Positions 9,109 to 17,007 of a stretch of 32,000 nt of DNA are shown here, one piece after another (position 1 is the stretch's first letter; each line of letters opens with the position of its first letter). This DNA is from Phycisphaera mikurensis NBRC 102666 (GTDB lineage: Bacteria; Planctomycetota; Phycisphaerae; Phycisphaerales; Phycisphaeraceae). A program made the position numbers and the translations under genes. Below the pieces are notes generated by a model. The model made no database searches. It saw only the letters and a program-made list of their open reading frames with translations, and had not been told where the DNA came from. Where the stretch lies: NCBI RefSeq assembly GCF_000284115.1, contig NC_017080.1:2910001-2942000 (forward strand), written 5' to 3'.

Positions 9109-10458
9109 ATGGCCCGAAGCCGCTCCGCCGCTCCCGCCCCCGTCGCCCGCAAGAAGTCCCGGAAGAAGGCGGCCCCAAAGCCGCTGGCGGAAGGGCACAC
9201 GCTCTTCACCAGCGAGTCGGTCTCGGTGGGCCACCCCGACAAGATCGCCGACCAGATCAGCGACGCCGTCCTCGACGCGCTGCTCGAGCACGACGCCATG
9301 GCCCGGGTGGCCTGCGAGACGTTCGTCACCACCGGGCTGGTGATGATCGGCGGGGAGATCACCGTGCACAACCCCGAGGCCGAGATCGCCCTGGGCCGCG
9401 TCGAGGAGACGGCGCGGGAGACGATCGCCAAGATCGGCTACACCGGCGACGTCACGATGCGCTTCGACGCCGACTCCTGCGGCGTGCTGCGGACGATCCA
9501 CGGCCAGTCCGCCGACATCGCCCAGGGCGTCGACGAGGGCGCGGGCCTCCACAAGGAGCAGGGCGCCGGCGACCAGGGCCTCATGTTCGGCTTCGCCTGC
9601 GGCGAGACCAAGGAGCTGATGCCGCTGCCGATCTCGCTGGCCCACAAGCTCGTCGAGAAGCACGCCCGGGTGCGGGAGGCGGCGACCAGGAGCATCGGAA
9701 AGAAGAAGGAGCACCCCCTCGCGGGCCTCCGCCCCGACGCGAAGAGCCAGGTGACCGTGGAGTACGACGCGCAGGGCAAGCCGGTACGCATCGACACCGT
9801 CGTGCTGTCGACGCAGCACACCGCCGCCTGGAACGGGGACGCGAAGCAGCGGAAGCTCAAGAAGCTGATCGCCGAGCACGTCATCGCCCCGGTGATGCCC
9901 AAGCGGCTCTTCGATCCGAAGAAGTGCACGATCCACGTCAATCCCACCGGCCAGTTCGAGATCGGCGGCCCCCACGGCGACGTCGGCCTCACGGGTCGCA
10001 AGATCATCGTCGACACCTACGGAGGCCGCGGCCGCCACGGCGGCGGCGCGTTCTCGGGCAAGGATCCCTCGAAGGTGGACCGCAGCGCCGCCTACATGGC
10101 CCGATACATCGCCAAGAACGTGGTCGCCGCGGGGCTCGCCGGGCAGTGCGAGGTGCAGCTCTCGTACGCGATCGGGGTGCCCGAGCCGACCTCGGTCGCG
10201 GTGGACTGCGCCGGCACCGCGGAGATCGACGAGAGCAAGCTCGCGCAGCTCATCCGCGACACCTTCCCGCTGACGCCCTCGGGCATCCTCCAGCACCTCG
10301 ACCTCCGGCGTCCGATCTTCAGCCAGACCGCCGCCCACGGCCACTTCGGCCGCACGCCCGGCAGCGTGACGGTCGGCGGGAAGAAGCACGCGACCTTCCC
10401 CTGGGAGAAGACCGACCTCGCCGAGAAGCTCGCCGGGGCGGCGAGGTCGGCCGGATGA
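9109..10458 (+). CDS. metK: S-adenosylmethionine synthetase with a ~28-aa basic N-terminal extension and internal insertions (449 aa)
   Basis: [26 protein letters not shown]; [19 protein letters not shown]; an in-frame TAA at 9073-9075 limits the start to ATG 9109. Confidence 0.95.
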   Translation: MARSRSAAPAPVARKKSRKKAAPKPLAEGHTLFTSESVSVGHPDKIADQISDAVLDALLEHDAMARVACETFVTTGLVMIGGEITVHNPEAEIALGRVEETARETIAKIGYTGDVTMRFDADSCGVLRTIHGQSADIAQGVDEGAGLHKEQGAGDQGLMFGFACGETKELMPLPISLAHKLVEKHARVREAATRSIGKKKEHPLAGLRPDAKSQVTVEYDAQGKPVRIDTVVLSTQHTAAWNGDAKQRKLKKLIAEHVIAPVMPKRLFDPKKCTIHVNPTGQFEIGGPHGDVGLTGRKIIVDTYGGRGRHGGGAFSGKDPSKVDRSAAYMARYIAKNVVAAGLAGQCEVQLSYAIGVPEPTSVAVDCAGTAEIDESKLAQLIRDTFPLTPSGILQHLDLRRPIFSQTAAHGHFGRTPGSVTVGGKKHATFPWEKTDLAEKLAGAARSAG

Positions 10459-12215
10459 TCACCTCCCGAGGGATCGCGGTTTCTCCGGGCATCGCCATCG
10501 CCGAGGCGGTGGTGCTGGAACCCGACGCCTCGCGCGTGCGGAAGCGGTTGGTCGCGCCCGCCGAGGTCGACCGCGAGCTCCAGCGGTTCGAGTCGGCGCT
10601 CTCGGCGTCGGCGGAGGAGGTGCGGGCGCTGTCGGTGACCACCGCCGAAACCCTCGGGCCCGAGCTGGCAAAGATCTTCGCCTTCCATGCGGGGATGCTC
10701 GCCGACGAGCACCTCCTCGGGCAGGTGCGCCACAGCGTGCGGAACGACCGCGTCACCGCCGACTACGCGGTGTACGCGGTGCTCTCGCGGCTCGCCTCCA
10801 CCTTCAGCGGCCACCGCGACCCGTACTTCCGCGAGCGCGTCACCGACATCCAGGACCTGCAGCGGCGCATCCTCGGGAAGCTGCACCGGCCGCTGGACCT
10901 GGGGCTCGCCGCGATCACCGGTCCCTGCATCCTGGTGGCCCGCGACCTGACCCCCAGCCAGACGGCGACGCTGGACACGGCGAAGGTCAAGGGCTTGGTC
11001 ACCGACTACGGCGGCCGCACCTCGCACACGGCGATCCTCGCGCACGCGCTGGGGATCCCCGCGATCGTCGGGCTCGAGCACGCCACGCGCGACGTCAACA
11101 CCGGCGACACGCTGGTGGTCGACGGCAAGCGGGGCGTGCTGATCGTCGACCCCGACGCCCCGGAGCTGCTCGCCTACCGCGAGGAGAACGACCGGGACGC
11201 CGATCGCGAGCAGAAGCGGGGGAAGCTGCGGGACGTGCAGGCGGTGACCCGCGACGGCACGCCGATCGAGCTGCTCGCGAACATCGAGTTCGCCAGCGAG
11301 ATCCCCGGAGCACTTGACAACGGCGCCGAGGGGGTCGGCCTCTTCCGCACCGAGTTCCTGTACCTCGCCGCGGCGGAAGAACCCACCGAGGAGGGCCAGC
11401 TCAAGGGCTACCGCGACGCGATCCGCCACCTCGCCGGCCGGCCGCTGACGATCCGCACGCTGGACCTGGGGGCGGACAAGCTCTCGGGCCTCGCCGGCGT
11501 GGGCGAGGACGACCACGAGCGGAACCCCTTCCTGGGCTGCCGCAGCATCCGGCTGTCGCTGCAGAACCTGCCGATGTTCAAGCGGCAGCTGCGGGCGATC
11601 CTCCGGGCGAGCGCCGAGGGCCCGGTGCGGATCATGTTCCCGCTGATCAGCGGCGTCATGGAGCTGCGGCAGGCGAAGATGGTGCTCAACGACGTCATCG
11701 AAGACCTCGACGACGAGGGCATCGCCTTCGACCGCTCGGTCGAGGTGGGGATGATGATCGAGGTCCCGTCGGTGGCGATCCAGGCCCGCTGCTTCGCCGA
11801 GGAGGTCGACTTCTTCTCGATCGGGACCAACGACCTGGTGCAGTACACGCTCGCGGTCGACCGCTGCAACGAGCGCGTGGCGCCGCTGTACTCCGCGTGC
11901 CACCCCGCGGTGTTGATGCTGCTCAAGGAGGTCATCCGCGCCGCCGACCGCACCGGCATCCCCGTGAGCCTGTGCGGCGAGATGGCGGGCCAGCCGGAGT
12001 ACGTGATGCTCCTGCTGGGGCTGGGGCTCCGCCGCTTCTCGATGACGCCGCCGGCGATCCCCGAGGTCAAGCAGGTGCTGCGTGCGGTCTCGATCGAGCA
12101 GTGCCGCCGCGTCGCGGGCAAGGCCAGCCGCTTCGACTCGGACCGCGAGGTGCTCAACTTCGTCCGCGACGAGCTCTCTCGCGTCCTGCCGGAGGTCTAC
12201 TCCGGCCGCGCCTGA
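10455..12215 (+). CDS. ptsI: Phosphoenolpyruvate-protein phosphotransferase (PTS Enzyme I)
   Basis: This is the last 586 aa of track ORF 7929..12215. The ATG at 10455 overlaps the metK stop (ATGA). Active-site region [18 protein letters not shown]; GLFRTEFLY; [12 protein letters not shown]; CGEMAG. Confidence 0.93.
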   Translation: MITSRGIAVSPGIAIAEAVVLEPDASRVRKRLVAPAEVDRELQRFESALSASAEEVRALSVTTAETLGPELAKIFAFHAGMLADEHLLGQVRHSVRNDRVTADYAVYAVLSRLASTFSGHRDPYFRERVTDIQDLQRRILGKLHRPLDLGLAAITGPCILVARDLTPSQTATLDTAKVKGLVTDYGGRTSHTAILAHALGIPAIVGLEHATRDVNTGDTLVVDGKRGVLIVDPDAPELLAYREENDRDADREQKRGKLRDVQAVTRDGTPIELLANIEFASEIPGALDNGAEGVGLFRTEFLYLAAAEEPTEEGQLKGYRDAIRHLAGRPLTIRTLDLGADKLSGLAGVGEDDHERNPFLGCRSIRLSLQNLPMFKRQLRAILRASAEGPVRIMFPLISGVMELRQAKMVLNDVIEDLDDEGIAFDRSVEVGMMIEVPSVAIQARCFAEEVDFFSIGTNDLVQYTLAVDRCNERVAPLYSACHPAVLMLLKEVIRAADRTGIPVSLCGEMAGQPEYVMLLLGLGLRRFSMTPPAIPEVKQVLRAVSIEQCRRVAGKASRFDSDREVLNFVRDELSRVLPEVYSGRA

Positions 12216-12379
12216 GCGCCCGGCGAGGCTGCGCCGCCTGGTGCCGCGGTGCCGCGGATCGACGGGCCGCCGCGGGGATCGCGCCGACGGTCCGCGGGTG
12301 GCCGCGGCGGACGCCGCCGGCTAGCGTCCCGCGCCGCCGGCGGACCCGCCGGGGCTTCCTCCTTCTCGAAAGGCACCCC

Positions 12380-12454
12380 ATGTACATCGGTGGCGGCATC
12401 CTCGGAACCATCCTGGTCGTCCTCTTGATCATCTACCTGGCCAAGCGCGTCTGA
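12380..12454 (+). CDS. Candidate 24-aa single-TM micro-protein (MYIGGGILGTILVVLLIIYLAKRV)
   Basis: ATG at 12380 is preceded by gaaagg 6-11 nt upstream. 21 of 23 sense codons downstream of the ATG end in G/C, as in the real genes here. Hydrophobic core with a KR C-terminus, followed by a hairpin terminator. It lies in an otherwise empty 490-bp spacer. Confidence 0.45.
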   Translation: MYIGGGILGTILVVLLIIYLAKRV

Positions 12455-12485
12455 CGCGGCCGGGCCGGCTCCGCAGGCCTGGGCC

Positions 12486-12510
12486 GCACCCCGCCCCGGC
12501 GGGGTGCTTT
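12486..12510 (+). terminator. Candidate intrinsic terminator downstream of the micro-ORF / ptsI
   Basis: GCACCCCGCC-cc-GGCGGGGTGC hairpin followed by TTT. It is nested inside a longer inverted repeat (12467-12484 / 12523-12536). Confidence 0.4.
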
Positions 12511-12703
12511 GCTGCGCGGCAAGCCCAGGCGGAGCCCTGCTCCGGGGGGCCCATCCACGCAGGAACTTCCGTCCCGTTAAGGTCCCCGCCCCACGCGGCC
12601 CCCCTCCTCGGGAGCGGGCTGCGCGCCGCCCGACCTTTCAGCCCCGCCGCAGGCAATCCGCCGCGGCGTGCGGGCTCCACCCGACGATCACCCAAGACCC
12701 TCC

Positions 12704-15700
12704 ATGCCCCAACAACAGATGCTCATCGACTACGTGCCCGGCGAGGAGTGCCGGATCGCCGTGGTCGAGGACGGCAAGCTCGACGAGTACTACCACGAGC
12801 GGGCGAGCAGCGAGAGCCACGTCTCGAACATCTACCAGGGGGTGGTCACCAACGTAGAGCCGTCGATCTCGGCCGCCTTCGTCGACTTCGGGCTGGAGCG
12901 CAACGGCTTCCTGCACGTGACCGACGTGCACCCCAAGTACTTCCCCGGTGAGGACCGCGAGGCCTTCGAGAAGGTCGGCCACAAGACCCGCCACGGCGAC
13001 CGGCCGGGCATCGAGCGGTGCTTCAAGAAGGGCGACCAGGTGACCGTGCAGGTGCTCAAGGAGGGCATCGGCAACAAGGGGCCGACGGTCACCAGCTACC
13101 TGTCGATCCCCGGCCGCTTCCTGGTGATGATGCCGGACATGCAGCAGCTGGGCGTCTCCCGCAAGGTGGAGGACGACGAGCAGCGGCGAGAGATGAAGCA
13201 GCTGCTCAAGAGCCTGGACCCGCCCAAGGAGTTCGGCTTCATCATCCGCACGGCGGGGCTGGGCCAGAGCAAGGTCGACCTCAAGAAGGACCTCTCGTAC
13301 CTGGTCCGCCTCTGGAAGGACATCGAGGAGCGGGTGGCCGGCGACGGCGGCGGCAAGGGCAAGAGGAAGAAGGGCCGCCGTCGGGCCCGCGTGACCCGCG
13401 AGCTCTACACCGAGAGCGACCTGGTCATCCGCACGATCCGCGACGTCTTCACCCCGGACATCGACCGGGTCGTGATCAACCACCCCGAGGCCGCCAAGCG
13501 GGCCCACGACTTCCTGGCGGTGAGCAACCCCCGCGCCAAGAGCAAGGTCGTGTTCTACGACGACCCGGTGCCGCTGTTCCACCGCTTCGGGCTCGAGCAG
13601 CAGATCGACAACATCGGCTCACGCACGGTGGAGCTGCCCTCCGGCGGCGCCCTGGTGATCGACCCGACCGAGGCCCTGGTGGCGGTCGACGTGAACTCCG
13701 GCCGCAGCCGCTCGGCGAAGACCAGCGAGAGCAACGCCTTCGAGACCAACAAGGAAGCGGTCGACGAGATCGCACGCCAGCTGCGGTTGCGCGACCTCGG
13801 CGGGCTGGTCGTGCTCGATCTCATCGACATGTTCCAGCAGCGGCACCGCCGCGCGATCGAGAGCCGCCTCAAGAAGAACTTCCTCAAGGACAAGGCCCGC
13901 ACCCGCGTCGGCGGGATCTCGCAGTTCGGGATGCTCGAGCTGACGCGGCAGCGGATGCGGTCCTCGCTGACCGAGGCCGTGCACCAGGAGTGCGCGCACT
14001 GCGGCGGCCGCGGGCACACCAAGAGCGTCGAGAGCGTCGTGCTCGACGTGATGCGGCAGCTGGCGATGGTGATGCAGCAGCCGCAAGTCGCCCGGCTGGA
14101 GCTGACGATCAGCCCCGACGTCGCCTTCCATCTGCTCAACCGCAAGCGGGCCGAGATGGTCGCGTTGGAGGCAAAGTGGCAGAAGGCAGTGACGGTCCGC
14201 GTGGGCGGCGGCTCGGTCGACTACGTGCAGGTCAGCCCGCTCAACGAGCAGGGCGCGACGCTGGCGCCGACCGCGGCCTCGGCCATCCCCAAGGAGACCG
14301 AAACGACCTTCCGGGACGTCGACGCGCTCGACGACGCCGACCTCGAGGCCTGGATGGCGCCCGTGGCGGTGCAGGTCGAGGATCCGGACGTGCTCGGCGG
14401 GCACGCCCGGGCGGGCGGCATCGACGACGCCGCCCCGGCGGCGGCCCAGGAGGAGGCCGCGGGCTCCGGAGCCCGGGCGGCGGCCGACGACCCGACCGAG
14501 GAGAAAAGCCAGCGCGGCGTCGGCGACGACGAGGAGGCGGAGCGACCGAAGCGTCGGCGGCGTCGGCGTGGCCGCAACCGCGGCGACGAGGACCAAGAGC
14601 AGGCGCCCGGCGAGGCGTCCGCCCCCGAGCGTGACCACGCACGCCGGCGGAGCGCGGGAGGGTCCTCTTCGGAGAGCCGCCACGAGGAGGCGCGTCGGCC
14701 CGAGCCCGAGCCGCAGCGCGCGGCGTCCAAGCCACCGACCGGGCCGCACCGCGACCCGCTGCTCGACTTCGAGTTCGACCCGCAGTCGCACCCGCTCGAC
14801 CGCGCCCGCGCGTACGCGGAGCACCGCCTCCGGACCGGCGCCGGCGAAGGCCCGCTGCCCGAGCCGGGCTCGGCGGCGAAGCGGCTCGAGGAGGCCACGG
14901 GCACCGTTTCCGTGCCCGTGGCGCGCCCGGACGGCGACCGCTCCGGGCCCGGTTCCGAGGCGTCGGGCGAGGCCGCGGAGACGGACGGGCCCGCGGGAGA
15001 CGCGGGCGCCGGCGCGGCGTCGGAGGGGGGGCTCACCGCCACCGAAGGCGAGGGAACCGGCAAGAGGAAGCGCAAGCGTCGCCGCCGCCGCCGCGGACGC
15101 GGCGACGGCGGGGACACCGGCGACAGCGCCTCCGGTGAGCCCGGACAAGCCGCCGACGACCGGCCGCGCGACGAGCACGGCGACATCGACGGCAACGTCC
15201 GGGTGCAGGACCCCGCCGCGGGCCCGGATCCCGCCGAAGAAGACGACAGCCGCGGCAACCGCCACGAGGCACCTCCCCGGGAGGCTCCGGAGGAGTCCGC
15301 CGAGCGCGCGGAGCCGCGGGCCGCCGAGGCCGCCGAGGCCGCCGAGGCCGCCGAAGCCGCCGAGGCCGATCCCGCTGTCCAGCCCGAAGCCGAGACTCAA
15401 GCCGAGACCGAGGCCAAAAGCAAGGCCACGACCAAGAAGAAGTCCAAGTCGCAACGGACGCGGAAGCCCAAGCCCGCCCCGGCGGAGCTCGAAGCGGAAG
15501 GCTCCGAGGAGGAGCCCCCGAAGCCGGCGCGGAAGCCCCGCACGCGGAAGTCGCCGGCCAAGAAGTCGCCGGCCAAGGAAAAGGCGGCCAAGGAGAAGGC
15601 GTCCGGGGCGGGAGCATCGGAGCCCGCGGAAACCGCGGAGGCCACGAAGGAAGCCGAGGCGGCGCCGCCCAAGAAGAAGCGCCGCTCGCGCAAGAAGGCG

Positions 15701-15751
15701 GCCGCGACGGAGGGCGGGGGCGGAAGCGACGCCGACGGTGAGGACGCGTGA
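12704..15751 (+). CDS. rne: Ribonuclease E/G family endoribonuclease (RNase E) with a long disordered, charge-patterned C-terminal domain
   Basis: ORF 12668..15751; the likely start is ATG 12704 (MPQQQMLIDY). S1 domain NIYQGVVTNVEPSISAAFVDFG; catalytic ALVAVDVNSGR and VLDLIDM; Zn-link CAHCGGRGH. The C-terminal ~440 aa is Arg/Lys/Glu/Ala-rich and low in complexity. Confidence 0.93.
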   Translation: MPQQQMLIDYVPGEECRIAVVEDGKLDEYYHERASSESHVSNIYQGVVTNVEPSISAAFVDFGLERNGFLHVTDVHPKYFPGEDREAFEKVGHKTRHGDRPGIERCFKKGDQVTVQVLKEGIGNKGPTVTSYLSIPGRFLVMMPDMQQLGVSRKVEDDEQRREMKQLLKSLDPPKEFGFIIRTAGLGQSKVDLKKDLSYLVRLWKDIEERVAGDGGGKGKRKKGRRRARVTRELYTESDLVIRTIRDVFTPDIDRVVINHPEAAKRAHDFLAVSNPRAKSKVVFYDDPVPLFHRFGLEQQIDNIGSRTVELPSGGALVIDPTEALVAVDVNSGRSRSAKTSESNAFETNKEAVDEIARQLRLRDLGGLVVLDLIDMFQQRHRRAIESRLKKNFLKDKARTRVGGISQFGMLELTRQRMRSSLTEAVHQECAHCGGRGHTKSVESVVLDVMRQLAMVMQQPQVARLELTISPDVAFHLLNRKRAEMVALEAKWQKAVTVRVGGGSVDYVQVSPLNEQGATLAPTAASAIPKETETTFRDVDALDDADLEAWMAPVAVQVEDPDVLGGHARAGGIDDAAPAAAQEEAAGSGARAAADDPTEEKSQRGVGDDEEAERPKRRRRRRGRNRGDEDQEQAPGEASAPERDHARRRSAGGSSSESRHEEARRPEPEPQRAASKPPTGPHRDPLLDFEFDPQSHPLDRARAYAEHRLRTGAGEGPLPEPGSAAKRLEEATGTVSVPVARPDGDRSGPGSEASGEAAETDGPAGDAGAGAASEGGLTATEGEGTGKRKRKRRRRRRGRGDGGDTGDSASGEPGQAADDRPRDEHGDIDGNVRVQDPAAGPDPAEEDDSRGNRHEAPPREAPEESAERAEPRAAEAAEAAEAAEAAEADPAVQPEAETQAETEAKSKATTKKKSKSQRTRKPKPAPAELEAEGSEEEPPKPARKPRTRKSPAKKSPAKEKAAKEKASGAGASEPAETAEATKEAEAAPPKKKRRSRKKAAATEGGGGSDADGEDA
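15320..15367 (+). repeat. In-frame 9-bp tandem repeat (GCCGCCGAG x5, one unit GAA) encoding (AAE)n within the rne C-terminal domain
   Basis: Read directly from the sequence: gccgccgag gccgccgag gccgccgag gccgccgaa gccgccgag. Confidence 0.9.
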
Positions 15752-16953
15752 GCTCGGGGCGGGACGCTCCTCCGCCGCAGCCCCCGGGCCCGACGCGGAC
15801 GCGGCGGGTCGTGGTGCTCGGCGCGACCGGCTCCATCGGCCGCAACACCCTCGAGGTCATCGCGCACCTGAACGGCTCCAGCGGCGGCCCGCGGCCGTTC
15901 GAGGTGGTTGCCCTCGCCGCCGGTTCCGACGCGGCGGGCCTCGCCGGTGCCGCGGCGGCGTGGCCGCGGGCGCGGTGCTCGCTGGCGTCGCTCGGCGGCG
16001 ACGCGCCTCCGGGCTGGCTCCGGGGGCCCGGCTCCGCCGAGCGGCTCGTCCGCGAAGCGTCTGCCGACCTGGTCGTCGCCGCGGTGGTCGGCGTGGCCGG
16101 CCTGCGGCCCGTGCTCGCCGCCATCGACGCCGGTGCGGACGTGGCGCTGGCCAACAAGGAGGTGCTCGTCGCCGCCGGCGAGCTGGTGATGCGGCGTGCC
16201 TCGCGGAGCGGTTCGCGGCTGCTCCCGGTGGACTCCGAGCACGCGGGCGTGCTGCAGTGCCTCGCGGGGCACCCGCGTGAGCGGGTCCGCCGGGTCGTGC
16301 TGACCGCCTCGGGCGGGCCGTTCCGCGATCGCACCGCCGTGGAGGTCGCCGACGCGACGCCCGACGAGGCCGTAGCGCACCCGAACTGGGACATGGGCCC
16401 GAAGATCAGCGTCGACTCCGCGACGATGATGAACAAGGCGCTGGAGCTCGTCGAGGCCCATCACCTCTTCGGGCTCCGGGCCGATCAGCTCGACGCGATC
16501 ATCCACCCCCAGTCGATCGTGCACGCGATCGTCGAGTACGAAGACGGGGGCGTCCTCGCGCAGCTGGGCGCCGCCGACATGCGCGGACCGATCCAGGCCG
16601 CGCTCGCCTGGCCCGACCGCCCCGCCGGCTGCGGCGAACGCCTCGACCTGCTCCGCCTCGGCGGGCTGACCTTCCGCTCGGCCGACCCCCACCGCTTCCC
16701 CGCGCTGGGCCTCGCCCAGCGCGTCATGGCCGCGGGCGGCACGGCCGGCGCCGTCTTCAACGCCGCGAACGAGGCCGCCGTGGCCGCCTTCCTCGAACGG
16801 CGGGTCCCCTTCGGCCGTATCGTCGGCCTCGTCTCCTCGGCGCTCGACGCGCTGCCGCCGCGGCCCGTGGCTCGTCTCGAGGACGTGCTGGACGCCGATG
16901 CGGCCGCACGCCGCTTCGTCGGCGACGCGGTCGGCTCCCCGCCCGCCGCCTGA
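15748..16953 (+). CDS. dxr: 1-deoxy-D-xylulose 5-phosphate reductoisomerase
   Basis: VVVLGATGSIGRNTLEV; LANKE; DSEH; HPNWDMGPKISVDSATMMNKALE. The GTG at 15748 overlaps the rne stop (GTGA). An alternative GTG start at 15811 would remove a 21-aa Pro/Arg-rich leader. Confidence 0.92.
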   Translation: MSSGRDAPPPQPPGPTRTRRVVVLGATGSIGRNTLEVIAHLNGSSGGPRPFEVVALAAGSDAAGLAGAAAAWPRARCSLASLGGDAPPGWLRGPGSAERLVREASADLVVAAVVGVAGLRPVLAAIDAGADVALANKEVLVAAGELVMRRASRSGSRLLPVDSEHAGVLQCLAGHPRERVRRVVLTASGGPFRDRTAVEVADATPDEAVAHPNWDMGPKISVDSATMMNKALELVEAHHLFGLRADQLDAIIHPQSIVHAIVEYEDGGVLAQLGAADMRGPIQAALAWPDRPAGCGERLDLLRLGGLTFRSADPHRFPALGLAQRVMAAGGTAGAVFNAANEAAVAAFLERRVPFGRIVGLVSSALDALPPRPVARLEDVLDADAAARRFVGDAVGSPPAA

Positions 16954-17007
16954 CGCGCCGCCGACCGCTCCCGCTTCTCTCGCTCCCGACCGACCGCGCC
17001 AGCGCCC

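Noticed and set aside
7929-10454. Upstream 842 aa of the 1428-aa plus-strand ORF 7929..12215.
   Set aside because: It is antisense or off-frame to the antiporter, the coiled-coil gene and metK, and is Arg/Pro-rich. Only the ptsI part from ATG 10455 is credible.
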